From assembly GCA_036012755.1 (NCBI GenBank), contig DASCPX010000040.1, forward strand, positions 32,001 to 96,000: DNA of 64,000 bases. Reading direction: 5' to 3'. The position numbers and the translations under genes were made by a program. Source of the stretch: Myxococcota bacterium (lineage in GTDB: Bacteria > Myxococcota_A > UBA796 > CAJQPC01). How positions within the stretch are numbered: position 1 is the first letter of the stretch; the number at the start of each line of letters is the position of its first letter. This document shows, piece by piece, positions 55,874 through 64,000 of the stretch. A model generated the notes under the pieces. The model was given only the letters and a program-made list of their open reading frames with translations. It searched no databases and was not told the origin of the DNA.

Positions 55874-58819
55874 TCAGTGGCGCCCCAGGCGATCCCGGAC
55901 GCGCTTGGCCCGGGCTCCGGTGGGCTCGAGGTCGAGATAGGCGCTCCAGCTGGGGCGGGTCTGGGCGTGGTTGTCCTGGGCGTCGAGGTAGTGCTGGCCG
56001 TGCATGTAGAGCGCGAGCGCGTGGTCCCGACCGAGCTCTGCGGCGTGGTCGTAGTAGGGGGACGCGTCGAGTCCCGAGTCCGGCCGGGCGTAGTAGTCCC
56101 CAAGGAGGACGAAGACCATGGGGTCGGACTCCCCCAGGGCCTCGGCGGTCTGGGCGTGCTGGTCCCTCGACTCCGAGATCCCGAACACCGCAGCCGCTGC
56201 ATAGGCCCTGGCCCCGAGTCGTCGCGTAAGAGAGTCGTCGCTCGTGCGAAGGCCCGCGGCTGCCTTGAGCAGCAGGGGCTCGGCGTCCAGGGGACGCTCC
56301 AAGAGCCCGTACGCCGTCCCCAGCAGGTACAGCGCCTCCGCGTCGTCCCGATAAGCCGAGACATGGGGCTCCAGGAGCTCGACGGTCCTGGCTGCGTCTG
56401 CCAGCGACACGAGCGCCACGGTGGCGTCCAGCACTGCTCGCCGGGGGTGGCCAGCGATCGCAGGCGGGAGCGCGTCGAGAGCCGCCTCCGCCGCCTCTGT
56501 TCGGTCGAGCTCCGTGAGGACCCTGATGCGGGCTTGCTGGAAGCGGAACTGCGAGGGATGTGCTTCGGTCGCCCTGTTCAACAGCGTCAGCGAGTCCAGC
56601 AGGCGATTGTCACGCGCTCGCCGGGCGGCCAGGGCGTAGAGCACCTCCGGGTTGCTGGGATCGACCACGAGCCCGGCGTCCAGCGCCTCCCCAGCCTCAT
56701 CCGCTTGTCCCTGTCGCGCGTGGAGCTCCGCCTTCAGGGCGTAGGCGTAGCCAGCGACCCGAGGCGGTGGGTCCGTGCCGAGGAAGACATTGATCGTCTC
56801 CAGCTTCTTGGCCGTGCCCGACTCGGCCATCACGACCCGGTGAAGCACCGTCGGCCCGCTGCCCTCGATCAAGTCGTCGGCAATGGCGACCTCGCTCTGG
56901 GCGCAGGCGATGTCTCCGGCCTGATAGCAGGCCTTGGACAGCAGCAGGTGGTAGCGCGGACCCTCGGGGTGCAGCTGGACCGCTTGTATGGCCGCAGCGC
57001 GTGCAACATCCAGCTCTCCGCGCTCCATCGCCAACAGCGACTCGAGGCGGGCGGACTCGGGGGTGGGCTCCAAGGGAGCGAGGCTCGCCCGAGCCAGCTC
57101 GAGATCGCCTTGGTGGAAGGCAGCGTAGGCCACCGCGAGTGCGAGGGCGTCCTGAGGTGCTCCGAGCTCAGACGCCCGGGACAGGGAGGTCTGGGCCTCT
57201 GCCAGGCGGTCGGACTCGCCGGTGTACTCGGCCCAGAGCACCAGCTCCACCAGGGCGTTTGCTGCCTCGTAGGCCCCCCGGGGCTCCACACCGGTCGCGA
57301 TCGACGCGGACAGAGCAGCTTCGGTGGCCCGCATCTGCTTGAAGTCACCCGTGCCGATCGTCTCCAGGGCCTCGTTGATGACACCCCTGGCGGCGAAGCG
57401 GTCCGCGACCGTCACGCCCAGCTTCATCAGCAGGGCGCCGAGCACGACCAGGAGGACCGCGATGAGGGCCAGGCGCGGGCCCCGGTTGTAGCCGCCGATC
57501 GGGACGAGATCCTCTGACTCCGGATCTGGCCCGATCTCGCGCGGGCGGATGGGCGGGGGCGGCTCGCCGACGGTCACCGGATCGAAGACCTCGCGTACGG
57601 GCTTGTCGATGGGCGCCATCAAGCCGATGGGCTGCTCGATCACCTCGATGGGACGGTTCAGCTCAGCGGTATCGGGCTCGGCGGCGGTCGGATCGTCCGG
57701 CCCGACCTCGCGCCGGGTGACCACGACCAGATCCTCGTCCTCCTCCTCGAGGTCGACCTCGCCAGCGAGATCCCCGCGGAGGCCGGGACCCTCCATGCCG
57801 ACGGAGGCCAGGTAGTCCTTGAGGTTGAGGGTCTCGCGAAGTCGGTAGTCCTCGTCTTCTCGGAGCACGTGCCCAGGCTCGTCGTCCTGCCCGTCCTTGC
57901 GGATGACCATCCGGATCTGCGTGTCCGCCGCGCGGCTGTTCGGAGAGAAGTCCCCGTCCGTGTCGTCGGTCGGGTCGCGGCTCAGGAGCTCGTGCGTGCT
58001 GGCGAGCCGGGAGATCAGCGTCACCTCCTCGGTCGTGTTGCCCTCCTCGAGCCGGTCGACCCTGCGGAAGAGCGACGGAAAGTCCTGACCCTTGCCCTGG
58101 TCACGGCTCTCTCCAGCGGAGGTGACCTCTGATGCCGAGTAGAAATCACCCGACCCGGAGGAGTCGTCACCGACGCCGACCAGCTCGGGGCAGAGCGTCC
58201 GGGCGAGCTCGAGCGGGTCTCCCTCTTCTCGCGCAAACTCAGCGCCCATGCCCCAGAGCAGATCCTCGACCCGGTTGGACCAGTCCCCCCGCTGGCGGCG
58301 CAAGCGCTCGAGGATGCTCTTGGCCCGCAGGAAGCTGCCCCGCGCCAGGAAACCCTCCGCCAGCGCGAGCTGCTGAGCTGGCGTCCCGGTCTTCTCGATC
58401 TCACGCGCGCGGGGATCAGCGGCCTTCGGGGACTCGCGCGAGGCCGCCGAGAGCGAGAGAAGGCGGGGATCCTCGGGACGTCGCTCCAAGCAGCGCTCGA
58501 CGAGCTTGCGCGCCCGGACCGGCCAGCCACGCTCGATGAACATCTCCGCCGTCAGCACGACGGCGTCGACGTCGTCCGGTTTCGCGTCTGCGACCTCTTT
58601 GAGGCGCACCCATGCCCGGTCCATGAGCCGCAGGGCAAGGAAGGCCCGGGCCTGGGCGATCAAGGCGGCAGCGGTGGGCTCGCCGGTGCTGCCCCAGCGC
58701 TCTACGAGTCGAACCGTGCCTCGCCAGTCCCGCCTCTCCGCGAGACGAAGGCAGGCCTGCTCGAGCCATCGATCGGCTGCCGAGCGCTCCGCGGAAGGGT
58801 TCTGGCCTGTGCGAGCCAA
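55874..58819 (-). CDS. Large TPR protein with an acidic linker and a single TM
   Basis: N-terminal TPRs, acidic linker, TM LALIAVLLVVLGALL, then multiple C-terminal TPRs ending YLDLEPTG. Confidence 0.8.
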   Translation of the reverse strand: MARTGQNPSAERSAADRWLEQACLRLAERRDWRGTVRLVERWGSTGEPTAAALIAQARAFLALRLMDRAWVRLKEVADAKPDDVDAVVLTAEMFIERGWPVRARKLVERCLERRPEDPRLLSLSAASRESPKAADPRAREIEKTGTPAQQLALAEGFLARGSFLRAKSILERLRRQRGDWSNRVEDLLWGMGAEFAREEGDPLELARTLCPELVGVGDDSSGSGDFYSASEVTSAGESRDQGKGQDFPSLFRRVDRLEEGNTTEEVTLISRLASTHELLSRDPTDDTDGDFSPNSRAADTQIRMVIRKDGQDDEPGHVLREDEDYRLRETLNLKDYLASVGMEGPGLRGDLAGEVDLEEEDEDLVVVTRREVGPDDPTAAEPDTAELNRPIEVIEQPIGLMAPIDKPVREVFDPVTVGEPPPPIRPREIGPDPESEDLVPIGGYNRGPRLALIAVLLVVLGALLMKLGVTVADRFAARGVINEALETIGTGDFKQMRATEAALSASIATGVEPRGAYEAANALVELVLWAEYTGESDRLAEAQTSLSRASELGAPQDALALAVAYAAFHQGDLELARASLAPLEPTPESARLESLLAMERGELDVARAAAIQAVQLHPEGPRYHLLLSKACYQAGDIACAQSEVAIADDLIEGSGPTVLHRVVMAESGTAKKLETINVFLGTDPPPRVAGYAYALKAELHARQGQADEAGEALDAGLVVDPSNPEVLYALAARRARDNRLLDSLTLLNRATEAHPSQFRFQQARIRVLTELDRTEAAEAALDALPPAIAGHPRRAVLDATVALVSLADAARTVELLEPHVSAYRDDAEALYLLGTAYGLLERPLDAEPLLLKAAAGLRTSDDSLTRRLGARAYAAAAVFGISESRDQHAQTAEALGESDPMVFVLLGDYYARPDSGLDASPYYDHAAELGRDHALALYMHGQHYLDAQDNHAQTRPSWSAYLDLEPTGARAKRVRDRLGRH

Positions 58820-58883
58820 GGCTTCGGCCGGGGAAAAGGAAGGACCGAGTATATCTTCCCGGCCCTTCGAAGACTCGGACTCC

Positions 58884-59837
58884 TCAGAGCTCTTGGAGCG
58901 CCTTTTCCAGGATCGGGCAGATCACGAAGAGGTCGTCCACGATTCCGTAGGTGCTGTGCTTGAAGATCGGGGCGTCGGCGTCCTTGTTGATCGCGACGAT
59001 GACCTTCGAGGTCCGCATACCCGCCAGGTGCTGGATCGCGCCGCTGATGCCGCAGGCGATGTAGAGCTGCGGATTGACGACCTTGCCCGTCTGACCGACC
59101 TGGTCGTTGTGGGAGGCGAAGCCGGCATCGACAGCCGCGCGGCTGGCGCCCGGCGTCGCACCGATGCTGGCAGCGAGCGAGCCGATGATCGTCTCGAAGT
59201 TCTCCGCGCTCTTGAGCGAGCGGCCGCCAGAGACGATCCGATCGGCCTCTGTGAGGTCCGCGACCTTGCTGGCGCCGTGCTCAGAGGCGACGACAGTGAC
59301 CTGGACGTCGGCGCCGCTCGCACCAGCGGCCAGCGCCACGACCTGCGCCGACCCGCCGCCAGCAGACGGCGCGGGGAAGGAGTTCGGACGCACGGTGAAC
59401 AGGGAGACGGAGCTCTTGACCCGGACCTCGACGAAGGCCTTGCCACCGTAGACCGGGCGATGGCCGACGACTCCGCCACCGTCGCTGTCGAGCCCTGTGA
59501 CCTCTGTCACGAGGCCAGCGCCGATGCGGGCGGCGACGCGGGGGAACAGATCCTTGCCGACCGCCGAGGCGGCGCCGAGGACCACCGTGGCTCCCGACTG
59601 CTCGATCGCCGCGGCGAGGGCCTTGGCGTAGGCGCCTGTGCTGTAGTTGGAGAAGAGGTCGCCAGGGGCGTGGTAGACGGTGGTAGCGCCGTAGGACCCG
59701 AGCGACGAGGTGTCGGCGTTGCCGATGACCAGGGCGCTGACAGGGCCACCGAGCTCGCCGGCCTTTCCGAGGAGCTCGAAGGCGGTCTTCTTGATGGTGC
59801 CGCTGTCGTGCTCGCAGAGAACGAGGATTCCAGACAT
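58884..59837 (-). CDS. etfA: Electron transfer flavoprotein alpha subunit
   Basis: [50 protein letters not shown]. Confidence 0.96.
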   Translation of the reverse strand: MSGILVLCEHDSGTIKKTAFELLGKAGELGGPVSALVIGNADTSSLGSYGATTVYHAPGDLFSNYSTGAYAKALAAAIEQSGATVVLGAASAVGKDLFPRVAARIGAGLVTEVTGLDSDGGGVVGHRPVYGGKAFVEVRVKSSVSLFTVRPNSFPAPSAGGGSAQVVALAAGASGADVQVTVVASEHGASKVADLTEADRIVSGGRSLKSAENFETIIGSLAASIGATPGASRAAVDAGFASHNDQVGQTGKVVNPQLYIACGISGAIQHLAGMRTSKVIVAINKDADAPIFKHSTYGIVDDLFVICPILEKALQEL

Positions 59838-59848
59838 TCCGATATCTC

Positions 59849-60652
59849 CTAGATGGCCTTGGCTTCGTTGCGGAGCAGCTGGACCAGCTTCTGGACCTTC
59901 TCCTCTGGGGTGGCACCGTCGATGATCCGGCCCTCCGGGCGGGCCGGAGGGGGGCGGTAGCCGCTGGTCTCGACGACGGCCCCTGCGGAGCCGACCGCAG
60001 CGGCGTCCAGGCCGAGGTCAGCGACTCCCCAGACGGCGATCTTGGTGCGCTTTGCCTTCATGATGCCGGGCAGGCTCGCGAAGCGAGGAGTGTTGAGCCC
60101 CTTCTCGCAAGTCACGACCGCGGGCAGGCCGGCCTGGACCATGTCCACCGAGCCGCCGCCCATGATGCGGTTGGCAGTGACCGTGCCGCCCTCGACATCG
60201 AGCTTGTCGACGACGGTGATCTGGGCGCACCCGAGGAACTCCGCGACCATCGCCGGAACCTGGGAGTTGTCATCGTCGATGGCCTGCTTTCCGCAGAGCA
60301 GCAAGTCCACACCTGCCTTCTTGGCGCCAGCGGCGAGGACGCGCGCGGTGCCCAGCGCGTCGCTGCCAGCGAACGCGGCGTCATCGAGACGCACGGCCTC
60401 CACGCCGACCTTGATGCCGCGTGCGATGCCGTCCTTGATCCTGGCCTCTGCGCTCTTGTCGCCCATGCACAGGATGACGACGCCGTCTGCCTTGCCTTGC
60501 TCCTTGAGCTGGAAGGCCGCCTCGAGGGCGTACTCGTCGTAGGGGTTGATGATCCACTTGATGTCGTCGTTCACGATCCCGCTTCCGTCCGCGTTGATCT
60601 TCACGCGGGTCTCGGAATCGGGAACCTGCTTGAGGCACACGCCGATCTTCAC
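59849..60652 (-). CDS. etfB: Electron transfer flavoprotein beta subunit
   Basis: VCLKQVPD, INPYDEYALE, CGKQAIDDD..QVP, NTPRFASLPGIMKAK. Confidence 0.96.
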   Translation of the reverse strand: MKIGVCLKQVPDSETRVKINADGSGIVNDDIKWIINPYDEYALEAAFQLKEQGKADGVVILCMGDKSAEARIKDGIARGIKVGVEAVRLDDAAFAGSDALGTARVLAAGAKKAGVDLLLCGKQAIDDDNSQVPAMVAEFLGCAQITVVDKLDVEGGTVTANRIMGGGSVDMVQAGLPAVVTCEKGLNTPRFASLPGIMKAKRTKIAVWGVADLGLDAAAVGSAGAVVETSGYRPPPARPEGRIIDGATPEEKVQKLVQLLRNEAKAI

Positions 60653-60701
60653 GAGCAGCTCCCTGAGAGTGAGTTGAAAAGGGGATTGGTAATAAGGGGT
60701 C

Positions 60702-61298
60702 TCACGCCGCGATGCCGCGCACGAAGAGCTCCGAGACCTGATCAGCCGCAGCGTCGAGGTCGAAGGTCCGATCGCGCTTGAGCGCGATCACGTAGGAGAG
60801 GCCGATCTCTTCCAAGGCGCCGAAGAATGCCCAGCCGATCGTGAAGGGATCCACGTCCTCTCGGATCACTCCGCTGGCCTGGCCCTCCCGGACGAGCTCC
60901 ATCAAGACGCCGAGGTAGGCGAAGAGCTTGTCCGGCTTGTAGTCCTTGATGAACTTCTTCGAGAGTCGAAGCTCGACCTGCAGGACCTCTGCCACGGCGC
61001 GCTGCTCCCGCACGGCCCGGAAGTGATGGTGCGCGAAGGCGCGGATCTTGTCGAGCGGCCCGGTGTGCTTCTCGAGCTCCGCGGTCGCGGAGTTCCGAAG
61101 CTCGTCCATCTTCTCCTCGAAGACCGACAACAGCAGGTCTTCCTTGTTCTTGAAGTAGAGGTAGATGGTGCCGTCCGCGACACCAGCTCGCTTGGCGATG
61201 TCGCTCACACGGGCGGCGTTGAAGCCCTTGTCGGCGAAGACGTCGACAGAGGCCTCGATGATGCGGGCGCGCTTGTCCGAGCTGCTCAAGTCCAGCAC
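60702..61298 (-). CDS. TetR-family regulator, FadR/YsiA-like
   Basis: HTH FADKGF...IAKRAGVADGTIYLYFKNKEDLL and LQVELR. Lies upstream of etfBA, as in the Bacillus fadR operon. Confidence 0.9.
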   Translation of the reverse strand: MLDLSSSDKRARIIEASVDVFADKGFNAARVSDIAKRAGVADGTIYLYFKNKEDLLLSVFEEKMDELRNSATAELEKHTGPLDKIRAFAHHHFRAVREQRAVAEVLQVELRLSKKFIKDYKPDKLFAYLGVLMELVREGQASGVIREDVDPFTIGWAFFGALEEIGLSYVIALKRDRTFDLDAAADQVSELFVRGIAA

Positions 61299-61299
61299 C

Positions 61300-61317
61300 T
61301 GAATGAGGGTTCATTCA
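61300..61317. promoter_or_regulatory. FadR(YsiA)-type operator
   Basis: Perfect inverted repeat TGAATGA-GGGT-TCATTCA immediately before the tetR start codon. Confidence 0.8.
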
Positions 61318-61350
61318 CGTAGCGAAGACACTCGCAAACGGCAAGGGGAG

Positions 61351-62046
61351 CTAACGACCGTTTCGCTCCAACCACGCGGTGACCTGCCCCTCGATGTCGG
61401 CGTTAGGGACGCCTTCCCAGGCCTTCGTGAACTTCTCGTTGCCGATGTCGGTGAGCGGGTGGTTGAAGAGCTTCTTCAGGACTCCGAAGGGAATCGTCGA
61501 GACGTCCGAGCCGGCGAGCGCAGCCTCCAACACGTGGGCGGGGTGGCGAATGGAAGCCGCCAGGACCTGCGTCTCGAGCTCGGGGTAGTTCGCGTAGATG
61601 GCGACGATCTGCGCGATGATGTCCATGCCTCCCCACGCGATGTCGTCGATGCGACCGACGAAGGGAGAGACGTAGGTCGCTCCCGCCTTCGCGGCGAGGA
61701 GCGCCTGCACAGGCTGGAAGCAGAGCGTCACGTTGGTCTTGATGCCGAGCGCGGAGAGCCGCGAGGTCGCGGTGATGCCGACCTCCGTCAGCGGCACCTT
61801 CACGACGACGTTTTCGTGGATGCGAGCGAGGAGTCTGCCCTGCCTCACCATGTCGTCGGCGTCCTCCGCGACGACCTCCGCCGAGACCGGTCCGTCCACG
61901 ATGGTGCAGATCTCGGCGATGGTGTCGACGAAGTCCCCGCCCTCCTTCGCGATGAGCGAGGGGTTCGTGGTCACACCGTCGATGATCCCCCAGCTGGCGG
62001 CCTGGCGGATCTCGTTGAGGTTGGCGGTGTCGATGAAGAACTTCAT
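61351..62046 (-). CDS. tal: Transaldolase / fructose-6-phosphate aldolase family; in frame with upstream folK
   Basis: [56 protein letters not shown]. Has its own GGAG SD. Confidence 0.93.
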   Translation of the reverse strand: MKFFIDTANLNEIRQAASWGIIDGVTTNPSLIAKEGGDFVDTIAEICTIVDGPVSAEVVAEDADDMVRQGRLLARIHENVVVKVPLTEVGITATSRLSALGIKTNVTLCFQPVQALLAAKAGATYVSPFVGRIDDIAWGGMDIIAQIVAIYANYPELETQVLAASIRHPAHVLEAALAGSDVSTIPFGVLKKLFNHPLTDIGNEKFTKAWEGVPNADIEGQVTAWLERNGR

Positions 62047-62556
62047 GCGGGCTCCGATGCAGCTGGGTCGCCGAACGGCGGTGGTAACCGGCTCGCTGGT
62101 CGCCGGCTGTGCGAGCGCACCCACTGGCACGCAGCGCGGTCTGAGATGGCGGTCGGTGAGCGGGACCTCGGGCCAGACCTCCAACAGCGGCGTGAGGGCG
62201 AATGCCCGCTCGGCCAGGCGTGGGTGGGGGACCTGGAGCGCGGCGGAGCAGTGCTTCTCCGACGCCCAGAGAAGATCGATGTCCAGCACGCGATCACCCC
62301 ACCGCGAGCCTCGCCGACGCCCCAGCTGCGCTTCGATTCGCTTGGCGACAGAGAGGAGATCAGGCAGCTCGCCTGGCCACTCGACAAGGACAGCTGCGTT
62401 CTGGAACGGGCGCCGGGCCACCCCACCGGAAGGCGGCGTGAGGTGGATCCTGCTCGTCCGCAACACCCTGGCCCCGGCCGCGGAGAGGGCCCCTACGGCC
62501 AGCTCGAGCACCCTCGGGTCCCCCAGGCTCGTGCCCAGGCCGACCGCGACCCTCAG
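62047..62556 (-). CDS. folK: HPPK (folate pyrophosphokinase) domain; no stop codon, reads into tal
   Basis: [52 protein letters not shown]. Confidence 0.85.
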
Positions 62557-63464
62557 CGTTGGTAGTCCGGTACCCACTGGAACATCTTCCGCTCGGACCG
62601 GTATTCCCCTCGAAGTCGGAGCGCGAAGCGTTCATCGCTGAGCGCGTCCCGGTACTCGGGATCGAAGACCCACTCCCCACCCGCAGGCTCGGGGGGCAGG
62701 TGGTCCACGAGTCCTTCGTCGATGAGCTGCTGCAGGTCCGTGACCTGGAGACCTCGCTGGTCCAGCACGGCGATTTGTTCGGTCATCAGCTCCGCGTAGT
62801 GATCGTGCGTGACTGTGACAATGCGCGCCTCGATCCGGCTGCGCAGCCACGGATCCGTCGCCTGCTCGAGCTCCATCTCCAGGTAGCGCACCGCTCCGTC
62901 ACGGCCGCTGCCCTTCTCCCGCATCGACACCGCCGTCATGCGGTACCAGTCCGGGGCGGAAGGGATCGCGGCCGCGCGGTCGAGCCACACCGCCGCCTGC
63001 TCGTAGTCCTCTTCGAGCAGGTAGTAGTTCATGCCGACACTGAAGGGGAAGTAGGCGTCCTCCGGGTGGGCCTCTGCGCCCCGCGCGAAGATCTCCGTGG
63101 AGAGGCTGGCGCTGCCGGTCACCCGGAGCATGACGCCCCCATAGAAGTAGGGGGTACGCCAGGCGGGATCGAGCTCGACGACGCACTCGATCATCCTGGC
63201 GAACCACTCCTGCCAGCTGCCGTCATTCCGCATGTCGATCCGCTCGCCGAACTCCAGGACCGACCGAACCCACATCAACGTGGCAACATGAGCGTGGAGC
63301 CCCTGGCTTGCGAAGTGGACGGTCTCGGGCGAGGGCATCACCAGCATCTCGTACTGGGCCGTGCGCTCGCGGCGACCATCGTCGGCCCTCACCTGGGCCA
63401 GGTGGGCGAGCAATCCGCCGCCGAGGCCGAGACACGTGCAGGTGACAGCGACGAGCGGTCTCAT
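62553..63464 (-). CDS. Membrane-anchored TPR-like protein
   Basis: N-terminal hydrophobic anchor. [42 protein letters not shown]. Confidence 0.7.
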   Translation of the reverse strand: MRPLVAVTCTCLGLGGGLLAHLAQVRADDGRRERTAQYEMLVMPSPETVHFASQGLHAHVATLMWVRSVLEFGERIDMRNDGSWQEWFARMIECVVELDPAWRTPYFYGGVMLRVTGSASLSTEIFARGAEAHPEDAYFPFSVGMNYYLLEEDYEQAAVWLDRAAAIPSAPDWYRMTAVSMREKGSGRDGAVRYLEMELEQATDPWLRSRIEARIVTVTHDHYAELMTEQIAVLDQRGLQVTDLQQLIDEGLVDHLPPEPAGGEWVFDPEYRDALSDERFALRLRGEYRSERKMFQWVPDYQR

Positions 63465-64000
63465 TGAGACAACCTATCCCGAGCGACGACTCCGATCTCC
63501 AGCAGGCGGCGCGCGTCTGCCAGAAAGCGAGCCGGCTCGGGAACCGAGGCCGCGAGTGCAGCGAGTCGCTCGTCGTCGCCCGAGTCCAGCGCGAGGGCGG
63601 CTTCCACGAGCGGTAGCCTCAGGTCCAGCTCGCCGCGGTGCGCATCGATGGCCCTCGAGGCCCCGGCGAAGTCCCCGACCTGGAGCAGCGCCATGCCCCG
63701 AAGTCCGGCGAGCTGGGCGGTGTCAGGGCAGGCCTCTGCCGCCAGGTGGGCCGCCCGAGCCGCCAGCTCCAGGTCACCCACCTTCAGTGGTGTCCCGATC
63801 GAGGGCACACAGGCGTCGGGGTAGGGAGCATCTCCCTCGAGCGAAGCCACGAACAAGGGGCCGGCCTCCGCTGGCCTGTCGGCCTCGTTGAGGGCGTGCC
63901 CAAGCGAGGTCCAGGTGTAGGGCCCCGGGTGGTCCTCTACCGCGGCTCCCCACAGGGTGATGTCAGAGCTCCACTCGGGGAGGCGATGGTGCAGCACCAG
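63461..64000 (-). CDS. C-terminal part of a TMTC-like membrane/TPR protein; 5' end is outside the window
   Basis: R..EWSSDITLW..AV...P followed by TPR-like helices. ATGA coupling to the downstream gene. Confidence 0.6.
   Translation of the reverse strand: MVLHHRLPEWSSDITLWGAAVEDHPGPYTWTSLGHALNEADRPAEAGPLFVASLEGDAPYPDACVPSIGTPLKVGDLELAARAAHLAAEACPDTAQLAGLRGMALLQVGDFAGASRAIDAHRGELDLRLPLVEAALALDSGDDERLAALAASVPEPARFLADARRLLEIGVVARDRLSQ

Noticed and set aside
1..64000. CRISPR arrays, rRNA, tRNA, IS elements
   Set aside because: No regularly spaced repeats, RNA-gene signatures or transposase motifs were seen by eye. Short or divergent elements could have been missed.

Overview
This is a high-GC bacterial chromosomal window, most likely from Myxococcota: it has a MYXO-CTERM-tailed protein, an ECF sigma/FecR-TPR module and many acidic lipoproteins. 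Recognisable core genes are ilvE, argR-argG-argH, tamA/tamB, rpsD-rpmG-recX, a 10-gene mrp (Na+/H+ antiporter) operon, btpA, tetR(fadR-like)-etfB-etfA, folK-tal, an M16 peptidase pair and an orphan Dam-family methylase. These are interspersed with tandem arrays of uncharacterised lipoproteins. I saw no tRNA, rRNA, CRISPR array, integrase or transposase. The most notable observations are: (1) a 273-aa protein that appears to fuse a catalytically dead LexA/UmuD-like S24 domain to a degenerate Y-family polymerase palm with beta-clamp motifs, behind a possible SOS box; (2) a ~600-bp intergenic region with clustered DnaA boxes, an NrdR-box-like palindrome and a structured-RNA-like segment, with no dnaA or nrd gene in the window; (3) apparent non-canonical CTG/GTA starts at stop-start overlaps (tamB, folK, recX); (4) an in-frame folK-transaldolase fusion; (5) pervasive ultra-short, uncharged signal peptides; (6) an internally deleted lhr pseudogene. 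All family assignments come from motif recognition by eye. No database searches were run.
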